Source of the DNA: a virus
Length of the DNA stretch: 35,157 bases
IMG/VR virus record: IMGVR_UViG_3300045125_000156
Direction: 5' to 3' (one strand)
This document shows, in pieces, positions 31,801 through 35,157 of the stretch (positions within the stretch are counted from its first letter, which is position 1; every line of letters begins with the position of its first letter). A program made the translations under genes and the position numbers. Under the pieces are notes generated by a model that saw only the letters and a list, made by a program, of their open reading frames with translations, did not search any database and was not told where the DNA came from.

Positions 31801-32193
31801 CGCAGGCGGTGATGACTTTCTTGTTGGGGTTTTCGACGGCGCACTTGCGGCGTAGGTGTAGAGAACCTGCAGCGCCCCAAATTCACTCCGTGAAAGTACG
31901 CGGTTGATGGCCGACTTGAAAACGCGGCCGGCGGTATCCTCGAAGGTTTCGTGGCGGGTCTTGAGAGGCCCGACGTCCTTGCCCCGATGAGCATGAGATG
32001 CGGCGGGGGCGACGGCGCGTCGCCCACCACTGACGATGTCCGCCCCTTCTGGGCCGGAGTTGTCGGGATGAAAATGTGTGTCCTGAATGCGGGCATGCGT
32101 TGCAGCCATTGCCAGCTTTGGCCTGCCACTCAGGGCGGGCGCAAGCTGACAGCTGAACGCGCCCGGCGGTTCAGTCAGCGTCACTGTGGGCAT
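28812..32193 (-). CDS. polA: Family A DNA polymerase with N-terminal family-4 UDG-like domain and 3'-5' exonuclease; frameshifted in the 5' half
   Basis: GGAGG RBS. UDG-like CNACP, VVGDAP, FEDTAG and KC...TAC; exonuclease SFDTET, FNGKYD and YACVDAD; polymerase TGRLSS, NAQNIP, ADAKGAEV, RDNIKRLVFGMLYG, AINFKVQG and TVHDS. Confidence 0.9.
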
Positions 32194-32201
32194 AGCCCCT
32201 C

Positions 32202-35157
32202 CTATAGGTTGTCGACGGCCTCAGCCCGAGACGTGTCGGTCTTGGCCGACGTAGTGCAAGCCCTGTATACGAGGGCGCGCGCCCCATGACCTGTTCGCGC
32301 AGGCGGCCAATCGATAAGACAGAGATCTCGTATTCAAGGGCTGTGATGTTGTTGGCGGCGAGCGCCTCCATCACTCCGAGCTCTTTGTAACGGTGCGGCC
32401 GCACGACATCCGGGTGGTGATCGAGCAGCGCCTTAAGCTGATGCGGCGTGTGCTTGTTCAGGTCGTTCATCCGATAGACCGCGCCGCCCGGAGATGTTGC
32501 AGCGACGAAGTCCACAATCAGCGTCCAGTTGTTCGGGTTCAATGTGATCCCGATGCCGGCGCCGTTCAGCATCTCGTAGCCGCCCGCCATGGTGGCACAC
32601 TGCATAACCGACAAAACGCGTTGCGCGAATTCGGTGACGACAGTCGGGGCGCGCAACAGCTTGTCGTCAACAAGTCCGCTGGTGCTGTTCTGCCGCCTGC
32701 GAAAGCAAGCGATTTTACGGGACTCGATCATCTCGACGACCATCGGTTCCCAGTCGAGCCCAAGCGTCTGGAGCACAGCGCCGATGGGCGCGAAGTTACG
32801 CAGAAAGCGCGTTGGCGCTTGAAAAGACGCCAGCTGCTTTTCGTTCAATGTCTTGTAAATCTCGTTTTGGCTGCGGCGAAGACGCGGCATCAAGCGCAGC
32901 AGGCCAATCGAGAGGTCGCGGCGGATCTTCTCAATCTCACCGGGCGCGACATCTTCGCCAAGGTGATCACAGGTCGCGCTGGCTATCAGGGCGCACCGTC
33001 TCAACGATGTAAGACCGGTTTGCGTCCTGTACGTCGCGCGGCTCCTGCACTTGCGTCATGGACACATTCATTCGCAGAAAATACTCAAGCAGCTTGCCGT
33101 GCGGCCCGAAACGCTTGATGACCGCGCCGCCCGCGTAGATCACCTGCCGGAGCATCTCTTGGATGTCTTCAAGCGCCTTCGTCTTATGCGTAGCGACGTT
33201 AGCGTCTTGCGACGCCTCTTCGAGCACTGCCGACAACGATGATCGGTTGAACATCAAGTAGATCGACGCGAGCGTATACCCGGTGAGGTACGCAGAGTGT
33301 TCGACGATCTGTAAATTCGGGTACTGCCCCTTGCCAAGAAAGCCCTGCGCTGTGGACTTACCGGAGTTTGACTCGCCGATAATCCGGAGAATGAGCTTGA
33401 CGTCGAAGGCGTCGCCCGCTGTAAACACGAAGATAATTGCGGCCAGGAACATGACGTCCTGCCGCTGCGTGCGGAACTTCAGCCGGCGTCCAAGAACTCA
33501 CATAGCCGAAAGAAGTGCGCGAAGGGTGTCAATCGTGACGTCGTTCCTCCAACAAGTCATCAACGCCCTGGATGTTCTTTGAATAACTGGGCACACCCGG
33601 CATGAAGATATAGCGCCCGTCGATCGGCTCCCGGAAGCTCCTTGGCCGTGAGCCGATCGGTACGGCTGTCGACGATCAGCGCTTGTACAGCGGGTCGCCA
33701 TTGTGAAGTTCGCACGATGGCCAGATCGGGGATCGTCCAGGTGCGCTTTCAAAGTGCGTCCCTGCGCCAAGCGGGACGCACTCGTCCTGCGTGAGCACGC
33801 CCTGGAAAATCGACTGAAACGCAATCTTCAAATAATCGGCAATCAGCTTCCGGCCGTCACGAATCGCAACAGCACCGGGCACATGCTCTTCGCCTTCGCG
33901 GCGCCCGGGCAGGCCGATGTGGTCGTTGAAATACGTGTACATCTCGCCGTAGATGTTCGACAGCGCGGCGACCATTCCTGGACCGTCGGTCACGCACAGC
34001 GTCAGGTGCCGGCGAGTTTCTTTATGAAATAGATAGAGCATCCCCGGCCGGAGCGTTTCGTCCTTGAAGAGCACGACGAAGTTCGTCTTGAATGTCTCGA
34101 CAATTCGCGCAATAAACCCCGCCTCGTCGTCCTTGATCTTGACGATGGCCGACCGGAGCAGGCCCGCCGGTACGCCCAGCGCGGCGGAAACGCGCGTAAC
34201 AAACGCGGACAGGAGCGCCGGGTGCCGTACGCAGTACCCGAACTCCACCGCCTTGCTCTGACGCCCGAGGATGTTGTTCTCGGGGACGGTCAAACCTTCT
34301 TCAATCGCGCGCTCGGAAGCCCATGCGTCCGCAGGGATGAAACTGCGATCGGCTTCCTCAAAGACACCAGTTGCAGTGCGGCCAGCCGTGATGCTGCAGG
34401 ACATCATCGGGGTCTTTGACCGTGAGGACGTTGTCACGGAGATCGTCCCAGCGAACGAAGACCCGCGCCTGCAAGTGCAGCGCAGTTGAGAGCTTGATCT
34501 TGATTTGATCTTCACCCTTACCGTACAGCGGGATCGGGGTGATCCATCATGAGGTCGGCGGTCTCGAACCCCGCGCGAAAGATCATGTCGGAGTCGTTAT
34601 TCGACCCGGCGGAGGCCAACACGATGACATCTGGTATCCCGGAATCGATCAGCTTTTCGTGCCCCGAGAGCATCGACATTTCGCCCGACGACGATAACGC
34701 GCGTACGCTCGCTATCCATACGCCGGAGCCCGCTGTTCTGCGGCAAAAGCAGCCCCAGGTAGCCTACAGGGTCGTTGTCCGTAAACCCCGGGAGCATCCA
34801 GAAGTTGTTGTCTGTACCGGTATCGCGCGTGACACGGCGGCAACGAATCCTTCCGGCCAGAGTCGTCGAGTACCCGGTATGGAATGTCAGCGGCGTGAAG
34901 TTGCTCGGCCGGGACGGTTTTGTGCATCTCAGCAAGTTTGTCGAGAAGCGCTGCGCGTCGGTCAGTGCTGTAGGCTGGGGTCAAAGCCCCAGCCTGAAGC
35001 TTCAACGTCCGCCATCTGGTCAAATCGCACGCCGGGCTAATTCCTGAAAGATCTTGTCCGTCGGCATGACTCCGTACGGCGAATACGCAGTCTTGTCAGG
35101 TGACAGCGCGCCGCTGGAACAGCCAATCAAGAACAGGCCGCACTGTGGCGTGAAAGA
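32202..35157 (-). CDS. Large primase-helicase-like protein (TOPRIM plus P-loop NTPase); 5' truncated, frameshifted
   Basis: TOPRIM-like RVIVV(E)GE and LMMDHPD near 34540-34700; Walker A IIGESNSGKST and Walker B-like AVLEE near 33220-33390; lies directly upstream of polA. Confidence 0.7.

Overview
Fragment of a large, GC-rich tailed phage genome, probably myovirus-like or jumbo-type. + strand (1-26388): tail/baseplate structural genes with an embedded sigma-70-family factor, a tail-fibre-like gene, further virion/head genes, and a GpA-like terminase carrying a LAGLIDADG intein. One RuvC-like gene lies antisense within this block. - strand (28271-35157): a replication module with a TOPRIM primase/P-loop NTPase, a UDG-like domain fused to family A DNA polymerase, and a DEDDh exonuclease. 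The two arms converge at about 26.4-28.3 kb on the most unusual feature, an array of four unrelated small genes. Each gene has its own T(C/G)AAAA-N15/16-GGTATAAG promoter-like motif. They are separated by three copies of a ~70-bp structured repeat that shows compensatory base changes. Most genes are broken by apparent single-base indels, most likely long-read errors, so I reconstructed gene boundaries by hand across frames and they are approximate. All family calls come from motif recognition; no database searches were run.
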